NCBI GenBank assembly: GCA_016200255.1 | Contig: JACQFA010000022.1 | Span: forward strand, 12,963 to 76,962 | Source: Nitrospirota bacterium | Lineage (GTDB): Bacteria; Nitrospirota; Nitrospiria; JACQBZ01 | Length of the DNA stretch: 64,000 nucleotides | Reading direction: 5' to 3' | In this document: piece after piece, positions 19,885 to 30,041 of the stretch | How the letters are laid out: every line of letters starts with the position of its first letter | How positions within the stretch are numbered: position 1 is the stretch's first letter | Program-made: the position numbers and the translations under genes | Notes under the pieces: generated by a model | Seen by the model: only the letters and a program-made list of their open reading frames with translations | Databases searched by the model: none | What the model was told of the DNA's origin: nothing

Positions 19885-20977
19885 GGATGAGCTCCCGATA
19901 GACGAGATTGTGAATCAACGGACGGAACGTCCGGATCTTGATATTCCGGCTGGTGGGATGCACACGGTTGGTCAGCAACACGACGACCATATCCTGTTCC
20001 GGATCGATCCAGAGCGACGTGCCGGTATATCCCAGATGGCCGAAGGAACGCGGAGAGAACAAATGTCCGGAGGAGGAGGGATCGGACGGCGTGTCCCAGC
20101 CCAAAGCCCAGCTCGATCCGGGAGTCGTCTGGCGCGTTACGAACGCCTCGACGATCTTCGGGGAAATAAGCGTCTCACGCCCACGCAGCGATCCCAACAT
20201 TATCTGCGCGAACCGGTTCAGATCCATTGCCGTTCCGAACAAGCCGGCATGGCCGGCCACGCCGCCCATCACGTACGCATTGTCGTCATGCACTTGACCC
20301 GTCACAATTTTTTTCCGCCAATCGCTTTGTTCGGTGGAAGCGAACCGTCCGCGGCGTTTGAGTCCGGTCCGGATATAAAAGGTCTGTTTCATTTTCAGCG
20401 GGCGAAAGATCTCGGTCCGGCAGAAGCGGTCCAACGGAAATCCGACAACGCGCTCAATCAGCTCCCCCAGAAGGATAAACCCCAGATCGCTGTAGATACT
20501 CTTGGACCCGGGTGAATAGACCAAGCGGCTGCGGTGAATTCGATCCAGCACAAACTCCTTTGCGGCCGGACTCCCGATAAAACCAGGGCGTCGACGACCC
20601 ATGGCAGTCACCTTTTTGTAGAGCGGTTCCCAGGCACGCAGACCGGAGGAATGATTCAAGAGATGCCGGATCGTGATACGATCCTTCCCGCCGCCCGAGA
20701 ATTCCGGGATCCATCGGCTCACCGGATCGTCCAACTTGATCGCCGACCGATCGACCAGAATCATCACGGCCGTGGTAGTGGCGACCGGCTTTGTGAGCGA
20801 GGCGAGATCGAAGATCGTGGCACGGGTCATTTTAATCGTCCGGGGTTTAAGAGCCGCAAAACCGGCCGCTTCATGAAAACAAACCTCGCCGCGGCGGGAG
20901 ACGAGCAGAACCGCACCCGGAAAAACCCCGTCCTTCACGGCTTGATTGAGCGCGTTTAGGATCGCCCGAGAAGCCAT
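19871..20977 (-). CDS. Serine hydrolase, beta-lactamase-related (AmiE-like)
   Basis: FDLASLTK (SxxK), YSDLGF, GHAGLF, GHLGYTGTSLWIDP. Confidence 0.88.
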   Translation of the reverse strand: MASRAILNALNQAVKDGVFPGAVLLVSRRGEVCFHEAAGFAALKPRTIKMTRATIFDLASLTKPVATTTAVMILVDRSAIKLDDPVSRWIPEFSGGGKDRITIRHLLNHSSGLRAWEPLYKKVTAMGRRRPGFIGSPAAKEFVLDRIHRSRLVYSPGSKSIYSDLGFILLGELIERVVGFPLDRFCRTEIFRPLKMKQTFYIRTGLKRRGRFASTEQSDWRKKIVTGQVHDDNAYVMGGVAGHAGLFGTAMDLNRFAQIMLGSLRGRETLISPKIVEAFVTRQTTPGSSWALGWDTPSDPSSSGHLFSPRSFGHLGYTGTSLWIDPEQDMVVVLLTNRVHPTSRNIKIRTFRPLIHNLVYRELIHDQA

Positions 20978-20979
20978 GG

Positions 20980-22386
20980 TCAGCCCGACAAAGCTTTTAA
21001 AAGTTTCCCGTGAATACCGTCGAATCCGCCGCTCGACATCACGCAGACCAGGTCGCCCGATTTCAGTTGAGGCGCGATCGTGCGGACGATCTCATCCGCC
21101 GTCGGAACGAACACGGCCTCTTTTCCAAGGGACAAAAGATCCTCCACCACCCGTTTGGGATCCAGACGCTGCTCGATCAAGAGTTTCTCCGGCGCAAAAA
21201 GATCGGCTATAATAATCCGATCGGCCGAGTCGAAGGCCCGGGAAAATTCCTTCTGAAATATATTCCTCCGGCTGGTCGCCGACCGCGGTTCAAACAGGGC
21301 CCAGATTCGACGTTTAGGATATTTCAACCGGAGTCCGGCCAGCGTTTCCCGGATTGCGGTCGGATGATGGGCGAAATCATCCATCACGATAACACCCTTC
21401 CTCTCGCCCACAATTTCCTGACGCCGCTTGACGCCTTGAAAGCTCTCGACCCCTTTTTTAATCGCGTCGAGAGACAAACCCAGTGTCGAGGCCAGACCGA
21501 TCACGCCGAGGGCATTCATCAGATTATGCCGACCGACCATCGGACTTCGGAACGGGCCCAGATCCCGCCGACCGTCTATGACATGAAAGGAGACGCCTTC
21601 GGAATCGAAACGCACCTGCTCAGCATGCCATTGGGCAGAGGAATCCAAACCATAGAAGGAAACCGGGCAGGACAGCTCGCGGATCACGTCTCTCACGTGC
21701 GGTTCGTCATCGGCCGCAAAAAGAATCCCGTCGGACGGAATCAAACGGACAAATTTTCGAAAGGCCTCCTTGATCTCATCAAGGCTGTTGTAGATATCAC
21801 CGTGATCGAACTCGATGGAGGTCAGGATCGCAGCGTGTGGACGGTAATGAAGAAATTTGGGGCCCTTGTCGAAGAAGGCCGTGTCGTATTCATCCCCTTC
21901 CACGACGAAATAACGGCCCGTCCCGGGGCGGCTGTTCGCATCGAAGTTTTTGACCCATCCGCCGATCAAAAAACCGGGATCAAGGCCAGCGCATTCCAGC
22001 ACCCATGCCGCGAGCGCCGAGGTGGTCGTCTTTCCATGCGTTCCGGCTACGACGATCGGGACGCGGTCCTTCAAGAAAAATTCGGCGAGGGCTTGTGGAA
22101 AGGAACGGTAAGGAATACCGCGCTCCAGAACGGCAAGAACTTCGGGATTGGTTTTTGAAACGGCATTGCCGATCACGACCAGGTCGGTATCGGGCTCGAT
22201 ATTCTCGGGACGAAATCCGACTCGATACGAAATTCCCTGCCGCTCCAGAATCGTGCTCATCGGGGGATAGACATTGGCATCCGAACCGGTTACGCGATAG
22301 CCGGCCGTCTTGAGCATCCCGGCCAGCGCGGCCATCCCGGTCCCGCAGATCGCGATGAGATGGATATGACGGACATTGGAAGCCAT
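20980..22386 (-). CDS. mpl: Murein peptide ligase Mpl
   Basis: HIHLIAICGTGM, AGTHGKTTT, EGDEYDTAFFDK, DDFAHHPTAI, FEPRS. Start set to ATG 22386. Confidence 0.94.
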   Translation of the reverse strand: MASNVRHIHLIAICGTGMAALAGMLKTAGYRVTGSDANVYPPMSTILERQGISYRVGFRPENIEPDTDLVVIGNAVSKTNPEVLAVLERGIPYRSFPQALAEFFLKDRVPIVVAGTHGKTTTSALAAWVLECAGLDPGFLIGGWVKNFDANSRPGTGRYFVVEGDEYDTAFFDKGPKFLHYRPHAAILTSIEFDHGDIYNSLDEIKEAFRKFVRLIPSDGILFAADDEPHVRDVIRELSCPVSFYGLDSSAQWHAEQVRFDSEGVSFHVIDGRRDLGPFRSPMVGRHNLMNALGVIGLASTLGLSLDAIKKGVESFQGVKRRQEIVGERKGVIVMDDFAHHPTAIRETLAGLRLKYPKRRIWALFEPRSATSRRNIFQKEFSRAFDSADRIIIADLFAPEKLLIEQRLDPKRVVEDLLSLGKEAVFVPTADEIVRTIAPQLKSGDLVCVMSSGGFDGIHGKLLKALSG

Positions 22387-22396
22387 ATCGGTTTCG

Positions 22397-22425
22397 AGTC
22401 TAACATACCGCCACAAAGGGTGCAA
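22397..22425 (-). promoter_or_regulatory. sigma70 promoter for the mpl operon
   Basis: TTGCAC-N17-TAGACT with TGn; 10 nt to the ATG. Confidence 0.65.
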
Positions 22426-22460
22426 CCGGCGTTTCTTCTGTCGCGCTTGCTATCCATTCA

Positions 22461-22489
22461 TTGATTAAAATCCCTGGCATTGCTATCAT
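22461..22489 (+). promoter_or_regulatory. sigma70 promoter upstream of the acidic ORF
   Basis: TTGATT-N17-TATCAT with TGn extension. Confidence 0.55.
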
Positions 22490-22539
22490 ACAGCCGCTTG
22501 TTGATTAATAATTTCCGCGATCATACAAGACAGGATGCT

Positions 22540-22686
22540 ATGAACGACGGCAAGTACGAAAACGAGGATGAAGAAGACGATGACGAAGATGAAAAGTTGG
22601 ATGAGGAGAACGAAAAGGATGAAGACAACGAGGATGATGAAGAGGAAGACGACCTCATTCAGAGTCTAAGAGCGAACTGTTCATGA
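22540..22686 (+). CDS. Small hyper-acidic hypothetical protein (48 aa)
   Basis: MNDGKYENEDEEDDDEDEKLDEENEKDEDNEDDEEEDDLIQSLRANCS; 27 of 48 residues are D/E; AGGA 4 nt before the ATG. Confidence 0.55.
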   Translation: MNDGKYENEDEEDDDEDEKLDEENEKDEDNEDDEEEDDLIQSLRANCS

Positions 22687-22709
22687 GGGGTTGATCCGCG
22701 GGAATCCAC

Positions 22710-22739
22710 TTGACAAGCGGAATCGTTATATTGTACGAT
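22710..22739 (+). promoter_or_regulatory. rplM promoter
   Basis: TTGACA-N18-TACGAT. Confidence 0.65.
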
Positions 22740-22769
22740 GCCTTTCTTTTTGAGGAAGGACTTTACGTC

Positions 22770-23222
22770 ATGAGAACGATTTCGTCCAAAAAGAACGATT
22801 CGATCCGATCCTGGCACCTGGTGGATGCTCAAGGCAAGATACTGGGACGCCTTGCGTCCGCGGTGGCCACGATCCTTCGCGGAAAACACAAACCGACCTT
22901 CACGCCCCACGTGGACGGCGGCGATCACGTCGTGATCGTCAATGCCGCCGGGATCCAGCTCACGGGTGACAAATTGGTCCAGAAGTTCTACGCCAGCCAT
23001 TCGGATTATCCCGGCGGTTTCAAATCGACCACGGCCGGGAAAATGTTGAGCGAAAAGCCGGAGCGGATGGTCCGTTATGCAATTCAAGGGATGCTGCCCA
23101 AAACCAAACTGGGCCGCGCCATGATCAAGAAACTGAGAGTGTACGCCGGCCCCGAACATCCGCACGAGGCACAGCAGCTTCAACCTCTGGAGCTGCCCGG
23201 AACCGCAAGGAGAACCGAATGA
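22770..23222 (+). CDS. rplM: 50S ribosomal protein L13
   Basis: [41 protein letters not shown]. Confidence 0.98.
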   Translation: MRTISSKKNDSIRSWHLVDAQGKILGRLASAVATILRGKHKPTFTPHVDGGDHVVIVNAAGIQLTGDKLVQKFYASHSDYPGGFKSTTAGKMLSEKPERMVRYAIQGMLPKTKLGRAMIKKLRVYAGPEHPHEAQQLQPLELPGTARRTE

Positions 23223-23614
23223 GCACGGCGACCGTCATAGCAGCAACCGGAAAACGAAAAAACGCCGTGGCCCGCATTCGATTAATACCGGGCTCGGGTC
23301 AGATCACGATCAACGAGCGGCCGTTTGAGACCTACTTCCCGCGGGAGATTCACCGGACACAGATCCTGCAGCCTTTCATGGCCACCGGCACGACGGGCAA
23401 GTTCAATATCTCGGTCAACGTGCATGGCGGCGGCGAAATGGGCCAGGCCGGCGCGGTTCGACACGGGATCGCAAAGGCGCTCTTGATTTCGGACACGGCC
23501 TTCCGCGAGAACTTGAGGAAGGAATCCCTTCTGACCCGCGACTCGCGTGTGAAGGAACGGAAAAAGTACGGACAGAAAGGCGCACGACGGCGGTTCCAGT
23601 TCTCAAAGCGGTAA
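23219..23614 (+). CDS. rpsI: 30S ribosomal protein S9
   Basis: [30 protein letters not shown]...AR...QFSKR. Confidence 0.98.
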   Translation: MSTATVIAATGKRKNAVARIRLIPGSGQITINERPFETYFPREIHRTQILQPFMATGTTGKFNISVNVHGGGEMGQAGAVRHGIAKALLISDTAFRENLRKESLLTRDSRVKERKKYGQKGARRRFQFSKR

Positions 23615-23634
23615 GGTTTACGACGCTGAACTTC

Positions 23635-23660
23635 AAAGGGGCCGCAAGGCCCCTTTTTTT
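23635..23660 (+). terminator. Rho-independent terminator after rpsI
   Basis: AAAGGGGCC-GCAA-GGCCCCTTTTTTT. Confidence 0.85.
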
Positions 23661-23679
23661 ATTTCGGAGGAGGATCAAA

Positions 23680-24732
23680 ATGCTCAAGGTTGCCGTACTC
23701 GGAGCGAGCGGCTACACCGGCGGGGAATTGCTCCGGCTGCTCGGCCTTCATCCCAAAGTCAAACTGGTCGCGGCCACGTCGGAACAATCGGCAGGGGAAT
23801 CGGTCGACACGGCCTTCCCCAATCTTACAGGGCGGCTGTCGCTGACGCTTGAGCCGTTGAACCTGGATCGCTTGATCGACCGGGCCGATCTATTTTTTCT
23901 CGCGCTGCCGCACACGACCGCGATGCCGGTCGCGTCCCGGCTGATCGCAAAGAAAAAAAGGGTGATCGATCTCAGCGCCGATTTCCGGCTGAAAGATCCG
24001 AAAACCTACAAGACATGGTACAAGACCCCTCACCTCGATACGGCTTTGTTGTCCCGGGCCTGTTACGGCCTGCCGGAACTTCATCGGAGAGAGATCCAAT
24101 CGGCCCGACTGGTCGCCAATCCGGGCTGCTATCCGACCGGCGCGCTTCTCGGGCTTCTTCCGCTCTTCGCAAAATCGCGGGTTGACCACGACTCAATTAT
24201 CATCGATGCCAAATCGGGCGTTTCCGGCGCCGGACGGAGTCCGGCTCAGGCCACCCATTTTCCAGAGGCGAACGAAGCCGTCTCGGCCTACAACATCGGC
24301 CGTCACCGGCATCTCCCGGAGATCGAACAGGAGCTGTCCGGGCTTGCCGGGAAAAAAATCTCGGTCACCTTCTCCCCGCATCTCGTTCCGGTCAACCGCG
24401 GCATCCTGTCCACGGTCTACGTCCGGCCGAAAAAACCGATCGAGACGGCCGAGGCTGTGGAGCTCTTTCAGGACTATTATAAGGAAGAACCGTTTGTTCA
24501 TGTCCTGCCGCCGGGTGAGTTTCCCAACACGCGGAACGTGCAGGGTTCGAACGACTGCCATATCGGTCTGGTCGCGGATCGGCATGGCGACCGCAAGGCC
24601 GCGACTCTGGTGATCGTCACGGCGATCGACAACCTGGTCAAGGGAGCGGCCGGACAGGCGATACAGAATATGAATCTGATGATGGGTTATGATGAATCCT
24701 TGGGGCTGACGGCCCCGGGATTGTTTCCATAA
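23680..24732 (+). CDS. argC: N-acetyl-gamma-glutamyl-phosphate reductase
   Basis: GASGYTG, DLSADFRL, ANPGCYPT, DNLVKGAAGQA. Confidence 0.97.
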   Translation: MLKVAVLGASGYTGGELLRLLGLHPKVKLVAATSEQSAGESVDTAFPNLTGRLSLTLEPLNLDRLIDRADLFFLALPHTTAMPVASRLIAKKKRVIDLSADFRLKDPKTYKTWYKTPHLDTALLSRACYGLPELHRREIQSARLVANPGCYPTGALLGLLPLFAKSRVDHDSIIIDAKSGVSGAGRSPAQATHFPEANEAVSAYNIGRHRHLPEIEQELSGLAGKKISVTFSPHLVPVNRGILSTVYVRPKKPIETAEAVELFQDYYKEEPFVHVLPPGEFPNTRNVQGSNDCHIGLVADRHGDRKAATLVIVTAIDNLVKGAAGQAIQNMNLMMGYDESLGLTAPGLFP

Positions 24733-24745
24733 GCGGGATTACACG

Positions 24746-25951
24746 ATGAAGACGATCAAAGGCGGAATCACGGCCGTGCCGGGATTTCTCGCGTCCGGAA
24801 TTTATTGCGGAATAAAAAAAATCAAGGGGCCCGATCTGGCTCTGATCGTCTCAAGTGACCCGTGCACAGCCGCCGGACTTTTCACGACGAACCGGGTCAC
24901 GGCGGCGCCGGTCCGTCTGACTCAAAACCACATCAAGTCCGGCCGGATGCAGGCCATCATCGCCAATTCCGGAAACGCGAATGCCTGCACCGGACCGCGC
25001 GGTGAGAGGGCCGCGCGGGAGATGGCCGAGCTGACGGCCCGACAGCTCGGCATCGCGACCGAGATGGTTGCGGTTGCCTCCACCGGTGTGATCGGAAAAC
25101 CGCTCTCCTTGAGGGCCATCCGAAACGGTATCCCGTCTTCGGTCAAAATTCTCCGTCGCGACGGGGGTCGAAACGCCGCACGGGCCATCATGACAACCGA
25201 TAAATTCATAAAAGAAGCGGCGGTGCGTCTGAAAATCGGGGGAAGGACGGTCACCGTGGGCGGAATCGCAAAAGGCTCCGGAATGATTCATCCGAATATG
25301 GCCACGATGCTGGCCTTCCTTGCAACAGATGTCAGGGTCAAACCCGCCCTCCTCCGGGCTATGTTGACGTCAGCCGTGAATCGATCCTTCAATATGATCA
25401 CGGTGGACGGCGAGACCAGCACCAATGACATGGTTCTCTGTCTGGCCAACGGACGGGCCGGCAACCCGGGGTTTAGGGAGTCTAAAATCAACCGGGCAAA
25501 ATTTCAGGCCGCGATGGACGCGGTTTGTCTCAAACTCGCCCGGATGGTCGTCGAGGATGGCGAAGGCGCGACCAAACAGACCGAGATCCGGGTCCGGGGT
25601 GCGGCCAACTTTCGGCAGGCCAAGACGATTGCCCTCCGGGTGGCGAATTCCAATCTGGTCAAAACGTCCTTCTTCGGTGCGGATGCCAACTGGGGACGAA
25701 TCATGGCCGCGATCGGGGCCGCGGGGGTGAAACTGAATCCGTACAGAATTGATCTGTCCTTCGATCATGTCCCCCTGGTAAAGAACGGCGTCGGTCTTGG
25801 AAAGGCTGCCGACCGGAGGGCCACCCGCGTTCTCAAACAACAATCCTTCAGCCTGACGATCGATCTCCATGGCGGAACCGCTTCGGCGACAGCCTGGACC
25901 TGCGACCTGACATACGACTATATCCGGATCAACGCGGCCTATCGATCGTAA
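24746..25951 (+). CDS. argJ: Glutamate N-acetyltransferase/ornithine acetyltransferase
   Basis: NSGNANACTG, KGSGMIHPNMATML, DGETSTND, DANWGRI. Confidence 0.97.
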   Translation: MKTIKGGITAVPGFLASGIYCGIKKIKGPDLALIVSSDPCTAAGLFTTNRVTAAPVRLTQNHIKSGRMQAIIANSGNANACTGPRGERAAREMAELTARQLGIATEMVAVASTGVIGKPLSLRAIRNGIPSSVKILRRDGGRNAARAIMTTDKFIKEAAVRLKIGGRTVTVGGIAKGSGMIHPNMATMLAFLATDVRVKPALLRAMLTSAVNRSFNMITVDGETSTNDMVLCLANGRAGNPGFRESKINRAKFQAAMDAVCLKLARMVVEDGEGATKQTEIRVRGAANFRQAKTIALRVANSNLVKTSFFGADANWGRIMAAIGAAGVKLNPYRIDLSFDHVPLVKNGVGLGKAADRRATRVLKQQSFSLTIDLHGGTASATAWTCDLTYDYIRINAAYRS

Positions 25952-25966
25952 TCGCAATCTTTTCGC

Positions 25967-25996
25967 TTGCAAAAACAGTCCCCAATATGTTACTTT
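25967..25996 (+). promoter_or_regulatory. rpsB promoter
   Basis: TTGCAA-N18-TACTTT with TGn extension. Confidence 0.55.
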
Positions 25997-26018
25997 CCAA
26001 AGGCTTTGATGTAATTAT

Positions 26019-26128
26019 CTCACACGCCTGACCGTTCCTCATAATGACATGAGGAATCGGCGTTCGAAGTGGTGTTTGCCCATTGCGGGTGGACGGTTCG
26101 AATGGACAAACAGGCGGAGGAAAAACCA
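26019..26128 (+). ncRNA. rpsB leader (t44-like, S2 autoregulatory element)
   Basis: Begins CTCACAC and ends GGCGGAGGAAAAACC; CGCCTG/CAGGCG and ACCGTTC/GGACGGT stems; located directly upstream of rpsB. Confidence 0.65.
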
Positions 26129-26142
26129 CACAGGAGGTTGTA

Positions 26143-26964
26143 ATGGCGGCGATCATGTTGAAAGAGCTTTTAGAGGCCGGAGTTCATTTCGGCCACCAAA
26201 CAAAACGTTGGAACCCGAAGATGAAGAAATTCATCTTTGGGGAGCGCAATGGCATCTATATCATCGACCTTCAAAAAACGGCGAAACGATTTCAGATCGC
26301 GTACGACTTCGTCAAACAGACCGTCGCGGACGGACGGTCCATCCTTTTCGTCGGCACGAAACGGCAGGCCCAGGACGTGGTTGAGGCCGAGGCCAAACGC
26401 TGTCAGATGTTTTACGTCCACCAGCGATGGCTGGGAGGCATGTTGACCAATTTTCAGACCATCCGGAAAAACATCGACCGGATGAAGAAACTCGAGACCG
26501 CTCGGACCGACGGCACCCACGACCGTCTTACTAAAAAAGAGGTCGCACAACTGGAAAAAGACCGATTGAAACTGGAAAAAAACCTGAGCGGGATCCGGGA
26601 TATGACGAGCCTCCCGGCCGCACTCTACATCGTGGACACCAAAAAGGAGCATATCGCGGTCCAGGAGGCAAGACGCCTTGAGATTCCTATCATCGCGATT
26701 CTGGACACTAACTGCCATCCGGCGGACGCCAACTTTATCATCCCGGGAAACGATGACGCTCTCCGTTCGATCAAACTCATCACGTCGCGGATCGCGGACG
26801 CCGCGATCGAAGGGCTTCAGCTCCGGACCCGGAAACAGCCGCATGCCGAAACACCGGCCTTCGCGACGGCCGCCGATGTCCAAACGACAGGGGCGGGCCT
26901 ATCGGAAGCGCCGATCGCAACCGCCGCGGGCGAGTCACCGCTGGAAGTCGCGGAGGGCGGATAA
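26143..26964 (+). CDS. rpsB: 30S ribosomal protein S2
   Basis: [44 protein letters not shown]. Confidence 0.98.
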   Translation: MAAIMLKELLEAGVHFGHQTKRWNPKMKKFIFGERNGIYIIDLQKTAKRFQIAYDFVKQTVADGRSILFVGTKRQAQDVVEAEAKRCQMFYVHQRWLGGMLTNFQTIRKNIDRMKKLETARTDGTHDRLTKKEVAQLEKDRLKLEKNLSGIRDMTSLPAALYIVDTKKEHIAVQEARRLEIPIIAILDTNCHPADANFIIPGNDDALRSIKLITSRIADAAIEGLQLRTRKQPHAETPAFATAADVQTTGAGLSEAPIATAAGESPLEVAEGG

Positions 26965-27560
26965 TGGCCGTTGATGCGACATTGGTCAGGGATCTTCGAG
27001 AGAAAACCGGCGCCGGCATTCTGGACTGCCAAAAAGCGCTGACCCAGACGGGCGGTGATGTTACCAAGGCGATCGACTTTTTAAGACAAAAGGGCCTCGC
27101 GACGGCGGAGAAAAAAGCCGGCCGGACCACCAACGACGGCCTGGTCGTTTCCTATATCCATGCCGGAAACAGACTCGGCGTCCTCCTGGAGGTGAACTGC
27201 GAAACCGATTTCGTGGCCAAGACGGACGACTTCCAGGAACTGGCGAGAGATCTGGCCATGCATGTCGCGGCGGCCAACCCGCGGCACATCAAGCGGGAGG
27301 ACGTCCCGGCCGACATTTTGGACAAGGAAAAAGAGATTTTTCTCGCACAGGCCAAGGAGAGCGGAAAGCCGGCGGCCGTTCTTGACAAGATCGTTGCGGG
27401 GCGCCTGGAAAAATTTTATGCCGAGACCTGCCTGCTGGAACAGCCCTTCGTCAAGGATCCCGGCGTCACGATCAAAGACCTGCTCGGCCAGAAGATCGCC
27501 AAACTGGGCGAAAACATCTCCATCCGCCGATTTACAAGGTTTCGACTGGGTGAGGAATGA
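26964..27560 (+). CDS. tsf: Elongation factor Ts (short, ~200-aa type)
   Basis: [29 protein letters not shown]. Confidence 0.97.
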   Translation: MAVDATLVRDLREKTGAGILDCQKALTQTGGDVTKAIDFLRQKGLATAEKKAGRTTNDGLVVSYIHAGNRLGVLLEVNCETDFVAKTDDFQELARDLAMHVAAANPRHIKREDVPADILDKEKEIFLAQAKESGKPAAVLDKIVAGRLEKFYAETCLLEQPFVKDPGVTIKDLLGQKIAKLGENISIRRFTRFRLGEE

Positions 27561-28279
27561 CCGAACCGAAATACCAACGGGTCCTGCTTAAGATCAGCGG
27601 CGAGGTCCTAGCCGGGGATCAGGGTTACGGCATAGATCCGAAGGTGATCGATGCCGTCGCGATCGAGATCAAGGATATCCATGATCTCGGCGTGGAGGTG
27701 GCGATCGTCATCGGCGGCGGCAATATCTTCAGGGGACTGGCCGCCAGCGCGAACGGCATGGAACGATCCTCGGCCGACTACATGGGAATGCTGGCGACCG
27801 TGCTGAACGCCCTCGCGCTGCAGAATACGCTGGAACGCAAGGGGGTCTTCACCCGGGTCCAGTCGGCGATCGAGATGCGTCAGCTCGCCGAAAGCTACAT
27901 CCGACGGCGGGCGATCCGACATCTTGAAAAAAAGCGGGTGATCATCTTCGCCGGCGGAACCGGCAACCCCTATTTCTCGACCGATACGGCTGCGGCCCTC
28001 CGGGCCATGGAGATCGGCGCGCAGGTCATCCTGAAAGGCACCAAAGTGGACGGCATCTATGACGCCGATCAGATGAAGCATCCCAAGGCGAAACGGTACG
28101 ACGAACTGACCTTTTTTCAGGTGATCGAAAAAGATCTCCGCGTCATGGATTCGACGGCCGTTTCGCTCTGCATGGACCATAACCTCCCGCTCATCGTCTT
28201 CAATCTGAAGCAAACCGGAAATATCAAGCGGATCATTCTGGGGCAGAAAGTCGGTACGATTGTCCGGAAGGTCTCTTAA
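27557..28279 (+). CDS. pyrH: UMP kinase
   Basis: [27 protein letters not shown]. Confidence 0.98.
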   Translation: MTEPKYQRVLLKISGEVLAGDQGYGIDPKVIDAVAIEIKDIHDLGVEVAIVIGGGNIFRGLAASANGMERSSADYMGMLATVLNALALQNTLERKGVFTRVQSAIEMRQLAESYIRRRAIRHLEKKRVIIFAGGTGNPYFSTDTAAALRAMEIGAQVILKGTKVDGIYDADQMKHPKAKRYDELTFFQVIEKDLRVMDSTAVSLCMDHNLPLIVFNLKQTGNIKRIILGQKVGTIVRKVS

Positions 28280-28299
28280 CAGGAGCGCCCGATTTTCAG

Positions 28300-28860
28300 A
28301 TGACGACCGGGATCAAGAAGACCGTAAAGGAAAAAATGGAGGGCGCCGTCGAATTTTTGCGCAAGGAACTGGGCGGCGTTCGGACCGGAAGGGCCTCGCT
28401 GGCGCTTCTCGACAATGTCAAAGTGGATTATTACGGCACCCCGACGCCGTTAAAACAGGTGGCCGCCCTCTCCGTCCCCGAGAACCGTCAGATTGCCGTT
28501 CAGCCGTGGGAACCGAACCTCGTCGCCGAAATCGAAAAAGCCATTCTCGCATCCGATCTGGGCCTCACCCCAAACAATGACGGCAAGGTGATCCGGATCA
28601 ACATCCCCCCCCTGACCGAGGAGCGACGGAAGGATCTGGTCAAGCATTGCAAGAAACTGGGGGAGGACACCAAGGTCGTCATCCGGAATATCCGCCGGGA
28701 CGGGAATGAAGAACTCAAAACCCGTCAGAAATCCGGCGCGCTCAACGAGGATGCCCTTCGAAAATCCCAGGACGAGATCCAGAAACTGACCGATGAATTC
28801 ATCAAAAAGACCGACGATGTCATCAAGCACAAGGAAAATGAGATCTTAGAAAAAACATAA
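28300..28860 (+). CDS. frr: Ribosome recycling factor
   Basis: VRTGRAS, YYGTPTPL, PPLTEERRK. Confidence 0.98.
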   Translation: MTTGIKKTVKEKMEGAVEFLRKELGGVRTGRASLALLDNVKVDYYGTPTPLKQVAALSVPENRQIAVQPWEPNLVAEIEKAILASDLGLTPNNDGKVIRINIPPLTEERRKDLVKHCKKLGEDTKVVIRNIRRDGNEELKTRQKSGALNEDALRKSQDEIQKLTDEFIKKTDDVIKHKENEILEKT

Positions 28861-28904
28861 ATTACAGGAGTATCTTCCTGGAACAACACACCCTCACAGC
28901 GACC

Positions 28905-30041
28905 ATGACCCCACGGCATCCCACCATCGCCGAAATCGATCTCACCGCCTTCCGACACAATCTCCGTCTTGTCCGCCAACGCATCGGTCCCCGATGCGCC
29001 CTTTTGGCCGTCGTGAAGGCCAACGCCTACGGACACGGGATGATCCCGATCTCGAAGGCCGCCCTGTCCGAGACGGTTCAGGGACTGGGCGTCGCGTTTG
29101 TCGAGGAGGGACTTCAACTCCGACGCGCCGGGGTCACCCAACCGATCCTGGTCATGGCCGGTTTTCTCCCGGAGGAGACCGAAGCGCTACTGGAATACGG
29201 ACTCACGCCGGTGATTTCTCATCCGGATCAACTGGACTGGTTGAGACAAAAAACCGAAATAACCACCCGTCCGGTTGGAATTCACGTTAAAATCGATACC
29301 GGGATGGGCCGATTGGGGCTTTTGGAGAAAGAGATCGCCCCGTTTATTGAAAGGGCGCGCGCATCCAAAAGAATCGAGATCCTCGGGTTGATGTCCCATT
29401 TCGCCGATGATGATCTGACCGATCGTCCATCCGTCGAGGATCAGCTCGCCCGTTTCGAGAACGCACGGAAAGTGATCGAAGCGATGGAGATCAAGATCCC
29501 ATTGCTTCACATGGCCAACAGCGCCGCGATCCTGGGTCTAGAGCGCGCCTGGTTCGACATGGTGCGGCCCGGCATCATGCTGTACGGTTATCCCCCCTCG
29601 TCTCAAAGCTCCGCCGCGATCTCGCTCAGGCCGGTCATGACACTCAAAACACGAATCATTCATCTGAAACGGGTCCCGGCCGGAACCTCGATCAGTTACG
29701 GGCGGACCTTTACCACGCGGCGGGAGAGCCTGATCGCCGTCCTGCCGATCGGGTATGCCGACGGCTACAGCCGCGCCTGGTCGAATCGCGGACAGGTCTT
29801 GATCGGCGGACGCCGCGCGCCGGTGGTCGGCCGGGTCTGCATGGACATGACCATGGTGGATGTAACGGACATCCCGACCGTCCGACTCAACGATGAAGCC
29901 GTCCTGATCGGATCACAGGGTCCGGAAACCCTGTCGGCCGATGAACTGGCCCGGCAGTTGGGCACGATTCCCTACGAGATTCTCTGCGCCGTCAGCCATC
30001 GTGTGCCCCGGCTGTATCGCGAAGGAGCCGTTCCATCATGA
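28905..30041 (+). CDS. alr: Alanine racemase
   Basis: AVVKANAYGHG, DTGMGRLG, GYADG, GRVCMD. Confidence 0.97.
   Translation: MTPRHPTIAEIDLTAFRHNLRLVRQRIGPRCALLAVVKANAYGHGMIPISKAALSETVQGLGVAFVEEGLQLRRAGVTQPILVMAGFLPEETEALLEYGLTPVISHPDQLDWLRQKTEITTRPVGIHVKIDTGMGRLGLLEKEIAPFIERARASKRIEILGLMSHFADDDLTDRPSVEDQLARFENARKVIEAMEIKIPLLHMANSAAILGLERAWFDMVRPGIMLYGYPPSSQSSAAISLRPVMTLKTRIIHLKRVPAGTSISYGRTFTTRRESLIAVLPIGYADGYSRAWSNRGQVLIGGRRAPVVGRVCMDMTMVDVTDIPTVRLNDEAVLIGSQGPETLSADELARQLGTIPYEILCAVSHRVPRLYREGAVPS

Noticed and set aside
19871..20977. Possible beta-lactam resistance gene
   Set aside because: The beta-lactamase-like fold sits between mpl and ldcA and has no signal peptide, which fits a peptidoglycan-recycling hydrolase.
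22555..22655. GAN-rich tract as a CRISPR array or microsatellite
   Set aside because: No fixed repeat-spacer unit; the pattern is explained by Asp/Glu codons.
22678..22712. Cys-Ser-UGA followed by a small hairpin as possible selenocysteine readthrough
   Set aside because: The loop is only about 11 nt from the UGA, closer than a typical bacterial SECIS, and readthrough adds only a few residues.
26964..27560. Short EF-Ts as a truncated gene
   Set aside because: A ~200-aa EF-Ts is a known intact type (Thermus, cyanobacteria); the gene is coupled to rpsB and pyrH.
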